A stretch of DNA of 64,000 bases from an uncultured delta proteobacterium (lineage in GTDB: Bacteria > Desulfobacterota > WTBG01 > CAIYCZ01). The position numbers and the translations under genes were made by a program. Positions within the stretch are counted from its first letter, which is position 1. Every line of letters begins with the position of its first letter. The stretch is taken from NCBI GenBank assembly GCA_963803975.1, contig CAWDOY010000001.1, positions 32,001-96,000 on the forward strand, written 5' to 3'. Shown piece after piece: positions 37,149 to 47,508 of this stretch. Under the pieces are notes generated by a model, which was given only the letters and a program-made list of their open reading frames with translations, did not search any database and was not told the DNA's origin.

Positions 37149-39536
37149 ATGAAAACTACACCACTGACACGCGCACTCCAAGTGTTCTTACTGGCAATGG
37201 CTACCCTTATTCTTGAAGTGTCATTAACTCGAATTTTTTCCTTTATTACCTACTATCATTTTACCTATCTGGTGATCAGTGTGGCGATGTTAGGTTTTGG
37301 CGCAGCCGGCACCTATCTGACGATACACAAAACCGAAGACATTTCCTCCGACGGAGAGTTCCTCGCCAGCAATGCATGGTGGCTGAGCTTAAGCACGATT
37401 GCTTCAGTAGTTATTATTTCACGAATCCATTTCTATCCGGCTGATTTGTATCTTTACCGGGATTATAGCAACCTTTTCTCGCTCCTCATCATCGTTCTTG
37501 CAGCCGGCGCACCCTTTTTCTTCGGCGGAATATGTATCGGCTACATCATCAGTAATGCAGGCAGTGCCATCAACAGCGTATATTTTGCTGATCTTGCAGG
37601 AGCAGCTACCGGCTGCTTACTGGCCCTGGTGCTTATCAATTACCTCGGCGCTATTGCAAGCTGTTTTGCTGTTGCGGTCATCGCCATGGCAGTCGCAGCT
37701 TTTTCAAGCCGCCATAAGCAGCGACGGTATCTGGGAGGCTTACTCATTTCCATACTATTAACTGCTGTGATTGCGTACACAGATTTTTTTACACTATATG
37801 TGCCTCCGGATAAACATATGTTCAATTTTCAACACATGATTGAACGCATCAAGTGGCACGTGATCACCCGCCTGGATGTTTCGCAACCCATCGAAGATAA
37901 ATGTTCATTTGGTGGAGGACTATCCCTTCAATACAAAGGTGCACCGCAGAAAGTACGTTTGATCTTTCAGGATGGATCAAATTTGACCGGTATCATTAAC
38001 CCGACTCCGACACCTCTTGAGACCGCATCCTTAGGGTACTATATGCAAGGGGCACCGTATCAGGTAAAACCTCATGCTGAGGCACTGGTAATAGGATGCG
38101 GGGGCGGTGCAGATATTTTAATTGCCCTGCACTATAATGCCAAATTTGTTGTCGGGGTGGATGTAAATCCTCACATGATTGAGCTCATAAAGGAGACCTA
38201 TAAAGATTTTGCCGGCAATGTTTTCCAGCGCAGCGATGTTGAATTAAATGTTTCAGAAGGCAGACACTTTCTGAGCCGTGACCGGCGTACATTTGATGTA
38301 ATACAGCTCAGCGGAGTAGATACCTGGTCAGCCCTTTCTACGGGCGCCTATGCCCTTACCGAAAACTTCATCTACACCAGCGAGGCTTTTGATCAATATT
38401 TAGCTCATCTCAAAGAAGGCGGTATCGTAAATTTTTCACGCCCCTGCGGAGACCAGTTAACTGAAACACCGAAGTTAGCTGCTACAGCTCTCGACGCGCT
38501 CGGGCGTATTGGTGCATCCAATCCATCTCAACACCTTGTCGTGGTAAAGGGAATGGGATATGGTTCTGGCTGGCCGTGGGCTCAAACCCTGGTCAAGAGA
38601 TCACCGTTCACTCCAGCCGAGGTTGAGAAATTAACAAAATGGACTCAGTCAATGGGCTTTGAGGTGCTCTACGATCCTTACACCGTACGAAAAGGAGAAT
38701 TGGAAACCCTCATTCGGGCAAACCCCGGGGAGAGAGAACGACTTATTGCACAGCACTGGCTTAACATTCGTCCAGCCACTGATAATGCTCCCTTTTTTTT
38801 CCAATTTCATCGCTGGAGAGATGTGCTGAAAAGAAATTCTGCGGGGGGAAGACTGGCGCAATTTATTTTGCTGGCAAGTTTTGTTCAGGTCGCTTTTCTT
38901 AGTGGAATACTTATACTATATCCCCTGTATCGCAGAAAAACGATTGCCTCTCAGCCTGGAGGCCGTACAGGTATTTTCACCTTTTTTGCTGCGTTGGGGT
39001 TGGGATTCATCATTGTTGAGATTACACTATTACAGAAGTTTATGGTGTTTCTGGGCGGCCCTACCTATTCAATGGCTATTACACTGTTCACTCTTTTGCT
39101 CTTATCAGGCATCGGAAGCTTTCTCTCCCGTAATCTGTCTGAACATCCCTTTAGACTTCTCCGCGTCGTGATTCCGCTTCTGGCTGTGGTCATATGCCTG
39201 GAGGCCTTTTCCCTTGATCGTATAATGGCCAGTCTAATGAATCTCTCACCTTTGTTAAGATGTTTAGCAGTGATAATACTTATTGCACCCCTGGGGTTAT
39301 TGATGGGCATACCTTTTCCGGCTGGATTGCGATATGTTGATCAATTCAGACCCGAACTGAATCCATGGGCATGGGGAATTAATGCATGTGCAACGGTAAT
39401 GGGTTCCGGGTTTTGTATATTCATCAGTTCTGCACTGGGTTTTCGTTCAGCACTTATTTTCAGCTCAGCAGTTTATTTAACCGGCTGGTTTGTCCTGTCA
39501 ATTTCCCAAAGAAATAAGTCCCTCAAGGGACTTTAG
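37149..39536 (+). CDS. Polytopic membrane protein with central spermidine-synthase-like SAM domain
   Basis: N- and C-terminal TM bundles; VIGCGGGAD, VDVNP, SEGR..FDVI, PATDNAPFFF, WAWGINA. Confidence 0.85.
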   Translation: MKTTPLTRALQVFLLAMATLILEVSLTRIFSFITYYHFTYLVISVAMLGFGAAGTYLTIHKTEDISSDGEFLASNAWWLSLSTIASVVIISRIHFYPADLYLYRDYSNLFSLLIIVLAAGAPFFFGGICIGYIISNAGSAINSVYFADLAGAATGCLLALVLINYLGAIASCFAVAVIAMAVAAFSSRHKQRRYLGGLLISILLTAVIAYTDFFTLYVPPDKHMFNFQHMIERIKWHVITRLDVSQPIEDKCSFGGGLSLQYKGAPQKVRLIFQDGSNLTGIINPTPTPLETASLGYYMQGAPYQVKPHAEALVIGCGGGADILIALHYNAKFVVGVDVNPHMIELIKETYKDFAGNVFQRSDVELNVSEGRHFLSRDRRTFDVIQLSGVDTWSALSTGAYALTENFIYTSEAFDQYLAHLKEGGIVNFSRPCGDQLTETPKLAATALDALGRIGASNPSQHLVVVKGMGYGSGWPWAQTLVKRSPFTPAEVEKLTKWTQSMGFEVLYDPYTVRKGELETLIRANPGERERLIAQHWLNIRPATDNAPFFFQFHRWRDVLKRNSAGGRLAQFILLASFVQVAFLSGILILYPLYRRKTIASQPGGRTGIFTFFAALGLGFIIVEITLLQKFMVFLGGPTYSMAITLFTLLLLSGIGSFLSRNLSEHPFRLLRVVIPLLAVVICLEAFSLDRIMASLMNLSPLLRCLAVIILIAPLGLLMGIPFPAGLRYVDQFRPELNPWAWGINACATVMGSGFCIFISSALGFRSALIFSSAVYLTGWFVLSISQRNKSLKGL

Positions 39537-39574
39537 AAGGAATAAGAGCAGCGCGATCATTTATAAAAATTTTT

Positions 39575-40040
39575 TTACCTTCCAAGGGTGTTTCGCATGC
39601 GAAAGGTGCATTTGCTGTCGCCATCGCACATCCGGCGAGGCTCGGTAAATTCTCCCAGTTCCCTGGTTACTGCTTCCGTTGTCACCTCCTCTAATGCATG
39701 ACAAAACTCATTATCAAGTCCCCTTGTTTTAGACTCTTCAAGAAACGGGCAGTACGTAACTGAATATTGAAACTCATCAGGCTTAACATAGTCCAGTCTC
39801 GGTTACAAGCCCGAACATCCGGTCTGACATTCCGGCAAAGCTCGACATGGTTTGAAACGACAATCCCTTTGCCATGTCATTAACGCGCTTGTTTCCTCGC
39901 TCAAGTATCTTTTTGAATATATCCATACCCTTGCTGCCAAGGCTCTCCTTCAGCTCCTCAAAAACATCAAGCTTGAAGCTGACTATATGTTTTTGAAGAA
40001 AAGCGACCTGCTGTTCTGCGGGAATGTCATGTGTCGGCAT
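39575..40040 (-). CDS. ATC-hydrolase/V4R-like small protein, frameshifted near 39797
   Basis: Joined translation contains VTYCPF, EFCH and MCDGDSKCTF (three-Cys pattern). Confidence 0.65.
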
Positions 40041-40057
40041 AATCTTCCTCCATTTGT

Positions 40058-40102
40058 TAACCGGCTGTTGAAAAATACCCATCTGTCCCGGCATGGCCGG
40101 GA
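40058..40102 (+). repeat. Left end of the MITE-like element followed by a REP-like hairpin
   Basis: GGCTGTTGAAAAATACCCATCTG then TCCCGGC-ATG-GCCGGGA. Confidence 0.6.
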
Positions 40103-40250
40103 TTACGCTTATTGCCGATTGCGCTACCCCCCGGTGTCCCCCCTTTATAATTGTGCCATTTGGCGATGAGGGGTCAGATTTTTTCTTCCATGAACAACCC
40201 CGAAGCCCTGCGGCAGATGAAGCAATTCTCTGGTTGAGAGAGGATTGCTG

Positions 40251-40295
40251 TTGACTCGCATGATAAAAAGGTGTACAAAAATAATGTACACCTTT
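40251..40295 (+). promoter_or_regulatory. TA promoter with perfect palindromic operator
   Basis: TTGACT at 40251; AAAGGTGTACA-N7-TGTACACCTTT at 40267-40295 overlaps the -10 region. Confidence 0.75.
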
Positions 40296-40307
40296 AGGGA
40301 GGCTTAT

Positions 40308-40544
40308 ATGCAGGAAATAAATGTAAAAGAGATGCGCAGTAATTTAAGTGCGCTGCTGGAACGGGTCGAGCGCGGTGAAGAAATTGTCATTACCCGCCAC
40401 GGGAAAAAAATTGCCCGGTTGATATCGGCACGTAAAACCGCGGTATCGTTACCCAGCCTTGCCGAGTTTCGTTCTACGATTAAGGTAACGGGTGAATCCC
40501 TGGGTAAAACGGTCGTTGCTTTAAGAAATAAGGAACGCTACTGA
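40308..40544 (+). CDS. Phd/YefM family antitoxin
   Basis: NLSALLERVERGEEIVITRHGKKIARL. Confidence 0.92.
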   Translation: MQEINVKEMRSNLSALLERVERGEEIVITRHGKKIARLISARKTAVSLPSLAEFRSTIKVTGESLGKTVVALRNKERY

Positions 40545-40969
40545 TGCTGTATCTGGATACCAGCGTTTTAACAGCCTATTACTGTCCTGAGCGAATCAGC
40601 CGGAAAGTTGAAAAGATTATTCTTCACACAAAGCAACCGGCCATCAGCTATCTTACCGCAGTTGAACTGGCCTCAGCGCTATCAAGAAAAATCCGCGACA
40701 AACAATTATCTGTTGCGGATGGAAACAAAATAATAGCGCAGTTCCATGCGCAGGTTGAGCAGGGGCTCCTGCTGTGGATGCCCGTTGAATTTCAACACTA
40801 TCAAATAGCCAAGGGCTGGATCGCCCAGTTTACCACACCGCTTAGAACCCTGGATGCCCTGCATCTTGCCGTTGCTTCCCAGCATGGTCTGACCCTTTTG
40901 ACCGCTGATGTCCAGCTTGCAGAATCAGCCGGTTTTCTGGGTGTAAGCGCACAGCTAATCAGTGAATAA
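40544..40969 (+). CDS. vapC: VapC (PIN domain) toxin
   Basis: YLDTS, VELASAL, LRTLDALHLA, TAD; TGATG overlap with the antitoxin. Confidence 0.92.
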   Translation: MLYLDTSVLTAYYCPERISRKVEKIILHTKQPAISYLTAVELASALSRKIRDKQLSVADGNKIIAQFHAQVEQGLLLWMPVEFQHYQIAKGWIAQFTTPLRTLDALHLAVASQHGLTLLTADVQLAESAGFLGVSAQLISE

Positions 40970-41015
40970 ACAGAAATATTCCGGGGTTTCACCTCTATCC
41001 TTGCTTAACTAACCA

Positions 41016-42179
41016 ATGCACCGCCTCAACATCCTCTTCATCTGCTGCCTGGTCATCTTCACCGACATGGTGGGCTACAGCATCATCACCCCGAGCATCC
41101 CGCTCTTTGCCAAACTCTTTAAAGCCTCTGACACGGCCATAAGCTTTGCCTTTGCCGCGTACCCGATCGCGTTTCTCATCTTCATCCTGCCGTTCGGCTT
41201 TCTGGTTGACCGGGTGGGAAGAAACCACCTCATCATCGGCCTCGGCATGTTCAGTCTTGCTGCTGCCTGCTTAAGCCTGGTGTTCGCGGAATCGATCGCG
41301 GTCTTCTCCATCGGCCGCGCTTTCCAGGGCATCGGCTCCGCAGCCTCATGGGTGGCGGCACAGCCCCTGGCCGCGCAGCAGATCGACTCCTCGAAAAAGA
41401 AGGGGCTTGAGATAAGCTCCATCACCATTGCCTATGGTCTCGGCATGATTCTCGGGCCGCTCTTGGGAAGCATCGGCGGCCTGCGCACGCCCTTTTATAT
41501 TAATTTCTTTTTAGCTGCAGGGGTCGGTCTTGTGGCCCTCATATGGCTGAAAGGCGCGGAGCTCTCCGCGCGCATGATGGAGTATGATTATCTCTCCATT
41601 ATCAGGCGGCCGGGCATTATTGTCGCCTGTCTCACCATCATGTTTCTTTACGCAAGTCTCGGCATGATGGAGGTGCTCTTTCCCCTTTACATGGATTCTC
41701 TAACGTATTCCAAGGCGAGCATCGGCATGCTGTTTCTCATTCTCTCTGTCTTTCTCGTTATCGGCCAGCCAGGCACCGGCTACTGGATGGAGCGCAGCGG
41801 CCCCTACGCGCTTATTCTGACCGGGTTCTTCGCTCTTGCCTGCTCCCTTTCCCTGATGATAGTGTGTACGAGCTTTCGCGGCTGGGTTCCGGTCTTCATG
41901 GTATTCGGCGTCTTCATCGGCGCGCTCACCTCAGCCTCCATGCTCCTAATAGCTCAGAACAGCAGGCCCGGCGAGCAGGGCGCTGCCTACGGTATATGGA
42001 ACTTTTCCTTTTCCGTCGGATATCTCTGGGGCCCGGCCCTCGGGGGGGTGCTATCTGATTTTTCCCATAGCGCTATGCCATCCATGGGGTTTAAGACACC
42101 TTTTTTCTTCTTTTCCTTCCTTATTATTTGCTGCGCTGTTTTATTCAAACTGCTGGTTCGTAAGCCAAAAAAGGGATGA
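41016..42179 (+). CDS. MFS transporter (DHA1-like)
   Basis: 12 TM; GFLVDRVGR motif A, GRAFQG, GPLLG. Confidence 0.87.
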   Translation: MHRLNILFICCLVIFTDMVGYSIITPSIPLFAKLFKASDTAISFAFAAYPIAFLIFILPFGFLVDRVGRNHLIIGLGMFSLAAACLSLVFAESIAVFSIGRAFQGIGSAASWVAAQPLAAQQIDSSKKKGLEISSITIAYGLGMILGPLLGSIGGLRTPFYINFFLAAGVGLVALIWLKGAELSARMMEYDYLSIIRRPGIIVACLTIMFLYASLGMMEVLFPLYMDSLTYSKASIGMLFLILSVFLVIGQPGTGYWMERSGPYALILTGFFALACSLSLMIVCTSFRGWVPVFMVFGVFIGALTSASMLLIAQNSRPGEQGAAYGIWNFSFSVGYLWGPALGGVLSDFSHSAMPSMGFKTPFFFFSFLIICCAVLFKLLVRKPKKG

Positions 42180-42511
42180 GCCTTTTATACACTACCCGCG
42201 ATGAGCAAAAGGTATTAGAAGTACGCTCATTTTATGCTTGACAAGGAAACAAGGGTTATGTCATTTTCAAAAGAAATTACTCGACCATAAAGAATAATTA
42301 TTAGATTTTAAAAGTGCAGGGAGAAGCAAAGAAAAATTGCTGGATAGCTGCATAACAGTGTGATATAGAAGCCTCATTATTCGCGTCATTCTATTTAAAT
42401 ATTAATAGACTTCTCTTATCCACGGTGGTCCCCGCCACAATTAATTATATTATCCTTTCGGGCTTTTGGAATTTAGATCCAGGAACGGATTAACAGTTTA
42501 GGAGGTCCCTT

Positions 42512-43940
42512 ATGATTAAAGAGTTGAAAGAGATAGTGGGGGCGAAAAATGTTCTGGACGATAAAGAGACCCTGGCGCTCTACGCCGCAGACCAGAGCCT
42601 CAGCTCCCCCAAAGAACCAGCTGTCGTTGTCAGGCCTAAAGACACTGCCGAGGTGCAGGAAGTCATTAAGTTTGCCAATAAAACCCTCACCCCGGTGGTG
42701 CCGGTAAGTTCAGGAATACATTTCTGGGGCGCCACGCTGCCGGAGCAGGGCGGTATCATCCTTGATCTCAGCCGCATGAACAAGATCCTTGAGATCGATG
42801 CGCAGAACCGGAAAGTAAAAATTCAGCCGGGTGTAACCTGGCCGCAGCTCATGGAAGCTTTAAAGGAGCATGACCAGATTCCGCTGAATCCTCTTTTCCC
42901 CCATCCCAAAACATCGGCTCTTACCAGTTCACTTGAGCGTGAGCCCATGCTTATCCCGAAATATGAATACGGCGACCCGGTGCTGACCATGGAAGTGGTG
43001 CTGCCCACGGGTGATATTTTTAAGACCGGGACTGCCTCAGCCGCAAACACCCAGGAAGGCTATCCCGGAAGGCCCGGGCATTGACTTTTACCGCTTCTTT
43101 CTGGGCGCCCAGGGAACCATGGGCATTGTTACCTGGCTGAATATTAAGACCGAATACCGGCCCAAACAGCAGAAAGCATACTTTGTCGCCTTTAACGAGC
43201 TGCAGGATGTGGCAGAGCCCATTTACCAGATACAGCGAAAACTGCTGGGCAATGAATGTTTTGTTCTGAGCAGGTATCTGCTGGCGCTGCTGCTCTGCGA
43301 AGGCGAGCAGAAGGAATTCGCAAAGCTTATGACGGAGCTGCCCCCGTACACGCTGGTGCTGGTGATCGCCGGTGCCCCGCGCCGCCCCCTTGAGAGAATT
43401 GCCTATGAGGAAGCGGCGCTGATGGAAATTGCCGGCCAGCTCAATTTTGAACCGAAAAAGACCGTTGCCGGTATTGCCGGGCTTGAAGCAGCGATCCTTG
43501 AGAAGCTTCGCAACATACCCGCAAACGGCGACTACTGGAAGACGAGCTTCAAGAATTCTACGCAGGACATTTTCTTTATTACTACCATGGATCGTGCCGC
43601 GGACTTTGCTGACCTGGCCCTCACCCATGCAGCCTGCTACGGTTTTAACATCAATGAGGTAGGGATATACCTGCAGCCGTTAGAGCGTGGCCGCGCCTGC
43701 CATCTCTGTTTCTCGCTGCCGTGTGACCTGGGGAGCGAGGCGGAAAAAGAAAAGGTAACAAGCCTCTGCCTTGAGCTGAGCGAGCAGCTCATCCTTGAGG
43801 GGGCGTTCTTCACCCGTCCCTACGGCCCCTGGGCAGACATGGTGTATAGAAGGACCACCACCTACACCAGCACCCTGAAGGAGCTGAAAAAGATTTTTGA
43901 TCCGAACCATATTCTGAACCCCGGAAAACTATGTCATTAA
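42512..43940 (+). CDS. FAD-linked oxidase (GlcD/VAO family), frameshifted near 43065
   Basis: PAVVVRP, LDLSRMNKI, EVVLPTG; second frame GAQGTMGIVT...KKIFDPNHILNPGK. Confidence 0.88.
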
Positions 43941-43967
43941 GCATTTATATAATAGATGGAGGATTAC

Positions 43968-45263
43968 ATGGCTAAGGTTAAGGAAATGCTACTCCCGAAA
44001 GATCCACGCTATCTCAAATACCCGCTCGAAGGCCCGTTTGACCAGGAAAAAGCCTACTGGACAGCCTTTAACTGCTCCCGCTGCTCAGTCTGCAAGTGGG
44101 TTGATTCATGGCGGGTGAAGAGCGCCAAGTACGCGCGCATCTGCCCGCAGCATACCCGGTATCTCTTTGATTCCCATTCCGGCCAGGGCAAATGCGACCT
44201 GGCGCGGGCCATCATCGAAGGCAAAATGAAGTGGGAGGATGACCCCGAGATCAAGAACATTCTGTTCCAGTGCACCATGTGCGGCGGCTGCGATGCCATG
44301 GACAAGGGCATCAGGGACGGGGAACTCATCAAGCTCTACCGCTGGATGAGATCCGAGTATATTAAAAAATTCGGGCCGCTGCCCGAGCATAAGGCCATGA
44401 TCGACAGCGTCAAGCAGTATGACAATGTCTGGCTTCAGCCGCGCGCCAAGAGAAATGCCTGGGCCAAAGATTTGCAGAACCTCGGCATCAAGGACCTGAA
44501 TAAGGAAAAAGCGCAGGTTCTGTTCTTTGTCGGCTGCACCTACGGTCTTTCCCAGGAACTGAAACCGACGATCTTAAATATTGCAAAGATATTAAAGCAG
44601 AACAAGGTTGACTTCGGCATTCTCGGAGACAAAGAGCTGTGCTGCGGCAGCCCTCCGGAAAAGACCGGCATGCTGGAAGAGTTTGAACGGCTCGGTGTTG
44701 CCAATATTAAACGCTTTAACGAGCTGGGAATAAAGACCCTCGTTACTCCCTGTGCGGGCTGTTACGGCACCATCCGGGTCGAGTACGATGAGCTTCCGGT
44801 GAAGAAGAAATTCGAGGTGCTCCATGTTGCAGAGTATCTTGACCGGCTGGTTCAGGACAAGAAGATAAAATACAAAAAGGAAGTACCCCTCACGGTTACC
44901 TGGCATGACCCCTGCCACATGGGACGGCTGGGGCGGCCCTATGTGCCGGGCAAAGATCTGGACGGCGTCTATGATGAGCCGCGCGCAATCCTCAAATCCA
45001 TCCCCGGCGTAGAGCTCGCGGAGATGGAGCGCATCAAGGAATACGCCTGGTGCTGCGGCGGCGGCGGCGGGGCATTCACCGGTTTCAAGGATTTTGCCCA
45101 GTGGACGGCACGCGAGCGGCTCACCGAGGCAAAGGATACCGGTGCCCGGGCCATTGTAACCAGCTGCCCCTGGTGCGAGAGCAACCTGCGCGCGGGCGGT
45201 ATTGGTATGGATGAAAAAATGGAAGTCAAGAACCTGTTTGACCTGATGATGGAAGCTCTTTAA
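43968..45263 (+). CDS. (Fe-S)-binding protein, GlcF/HdrD family with CCG domains
   Basis: CSRCSVC...CP, CTMCGGC, CCG, PCAGC, HDPCH, CCGGGG, SCPWC. Confidence 0.9.
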   Translation: MAKVKEMLLPKDPRYLKYPLEGPFDQEKAYWTAFNCSRCSVCKWVDSWRVKSAKYARICPQHTRYLFDSHSGQGKCDLARAIIEGKMKWEDDPEIKNILFQCTMCGGCDAMDKGIRDGELIKLYRWMRSEYIKKFGPLPEHKAMIDSVKQYDNVWLQPRAKRNAWAKDLQNLGIKDLNKEKAQVLFFVGCTYGLSQELKPTILNIAKILKQNKVDFGILGDKELCCGSPPEKTGMLEEFERLGVANIKRFNELGIKTLVTPCAGCYGTIRVEYDELPVKKKFEVLHVAEYLDRLVQDKKIKYKKEVPLTVTWHDPCHMGRLGRPYVPGKDLDGVYDEPRAILKSIPGVELAEMERIKEYAWCCGGGGGAFTGFKDFAQWTARERLTEAKDTGARAIVTSCPWCESNLRAGGIGMDEKMEVKNLFDLMMEAL

Positions 45264-45323
45264 GAGGAGAGATTTTAAAAGGGACTGTGTTAGTTTTATT
45301 TTGCTTTTTAATGGTCCGGTAAT

Positions 45324-45491
45324 TTAAATAATACAGTAAACCTCTTCATGTTCGCCGATATCTACAAGTTGAAATGGATTTTTGGTGAATTTCTTTATCG
45401 CGTCCCAAAAGCGCCCTTTGATCTCGTCGTTACGCACTATCTTCTTTCTGTAGATACGTTTAAACCCCTGGTCCCATACTATGTTAATCAT
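45324..45491 (-). pseudogene. Internally deleted RelE/YafQ-like toxin remnant
   Basis: N-terminus (FKRIYRKK..F..NPF) fused directly to the C-terminal LVDIGEHEEVY; central segment absent; no antitoxin seen. Confidence 0.6.
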
Positions 45492-45731
45492 TTTCCAAAT
45501 CCTCATACATAGAAAGCCTTCAGGTTACCCTCAATAAGCTTGTTTAATCATGCAGTGCGCATACGGATCTCCTTATCTGATATTTCAACTTTTCTTATTT
45601 TCTTGCAGCATGATAGTTTAGTCAAGAAAAGGTTCAAGCTTAATCTTTGCCTTGCAATTTTTGAAGCCCCTTTCCCAGGTGCTCCTGCACGGCGCGGGCG
45701 AAGGCCCCTCTGTATGCCTTGCGCGGCACTG

Positions 45732-47367
45732 CTAAAGCTGTGCGCCGCAGGTCCATGTTTCCGTGAGCCCGCGGTCTTTATGCCGCAGGAAGGCCCGCAT
45801 CTCCACCAGCGGCCTTCTGTCAGGCGGGGTTTTATCAACAAGGGTCGGGTCGCTTTCAGGCTTCACGGTGAACACCAGGCGCCAGCCGTTGGTAACACTA
45901 TTTTTATATACCTGCTGCTCCAGAAGCCGTCCGCCGGAGCCAACGCTCACAATGCCTTCCACCGGGTCTCCCGCCTTCAGCTTTTCAAGCTCGCTGCCTT
46001 CAAAATCGACAATGAATTTTTTAATATCCGGCTGCTTCGGCGTTTCAGTCCTTGTTGCGACAACGCGTCCCGCGGGCGGGCGGGACTGATCCGGATAATG
46101 CCAGCTTAAGGTGTAGGCGAATGATAGCGGCTGCCCGACAGGTGCTGCTGCCGGCCGCCAGAAGGCAACGATGTTATCATGGATTTCATCATCAGTGGGA
46201 ATCTGCACCAGCTCAACCCAGCCCTTGCCCCACTTGCCTTTCGGGGTACACCAGAGGCTCGGGCGATAGTCATACCGTGCCTCCAGGTCCTGATAGTGAT
46301 CAAAATTCAGATCACGCTGGACAAGGCCAAAGCCTGCAGGGCTGTCTGCCTGAAACGCGTTGACCCAGAGCCCCTTGGGGTTGAACAGCGGCCGCCAGAG
46401 CCATTCGCCGTTTTCCATGTGAATCATGAGGCCGTCTGAGTCGTGTATTTCAGGCCGGAACCAGTCTTTGGGCCGGATATTACTATTTTCACCGTAAAAG
46501 AACATGCTGGTCATGGGAGCAATGCCCAGCTTGTCAGCGCCCTTGCGCAGGAAGATGGTGCACTGCGTATCCATCAGGGTTTCTTTGCCCGGCGTGATCA
46601 CAAATGAGTATGCCCCTGCTACCCGCGGGCTGTCAAGCAGGGCGATAGACGGTTATCGTGGTATCACCGGGCTCGGGGCGCTTCACCCAGAATTCGCGGA
46701 ACCAGGGAAACTCCTCACCCGATGGCTGCGCCGTGTCAACCGCGAGGCCGCGCGCTGAAAGGCCGTAGTGCATTGATTTGGCCACAGCCCTGAAGTAGCT
46801 TGCCCCGAGAAAAACCGCCACCTCATCCTTATAGGTTTCATTATTCAAGTTGTAATGAATTCTGAAGCCTGCAAATCCAAGGTCCTGGGGAATTTTTGCC
46901 TTAAGCTCCTGCGCGCTTTTTTCATAGACAAAAAGGTCAGTGGAAAAACTGATGGGGACCGGCCCTGCAGGCAGTATCTCATTTACTTTTACTGTGCGGT
47001 CAAAATAGAGGCCGGCATGGAAGAACTGGAGCTCAAACGGCAGGTTTTCTTTCCGCCAGTGAGACTTGTCGGGGATGAAGCGGATATCGCGCATCTGATC
47101 ATAGGTGATGTCAAGAAGCCATTGCGGCATCTTGCCCCGCGGGTCCTCATACGCCGCGGAAGAAAGCCTTTGGGCCTTCTCGACAACATCGTTAAAGCCG
47201 TACTCCGGCTTCGGCGACTGCTGCGTCTTTTTTGTCTGTTTTTCTTTTGCCCGGGCATGGATGTCCGGCGAGAAAGAAAAAAATATAAAACCAAGAATCG
47301 CGAAGAACAAAACAGTTTTTGATACACGCAGAGCTGTCGTTGATAGCGTTGTGTTGTTCATGGGCAT
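45732..47367 (-). CDS. opgG: Periplasmic glucan biosynthesis protein G (OpgG/MdoG), frameshifted near 46645
   Basis: FAGFR, VFLGASYFRA, YGLSARGLA, EEFP.FREFW; second frame GIAPMTSMF, RPEIHDSDGL, HDNIVAFW, TETW. Confidence 0.92.
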
Positions 47368-47508
47368 TTTCAATATCCTTTCCGTCTCCTGGTGAAGAAA
47401 CAAGAATAGCTTTTCATTATGCCGGCTATGAGCTTTCCTGCCGCAGTTATTGCTGCTCACAGCAGCATATATACTATACTAACTGTTTTTGCTGAGTCAA
47501 ATATGATT

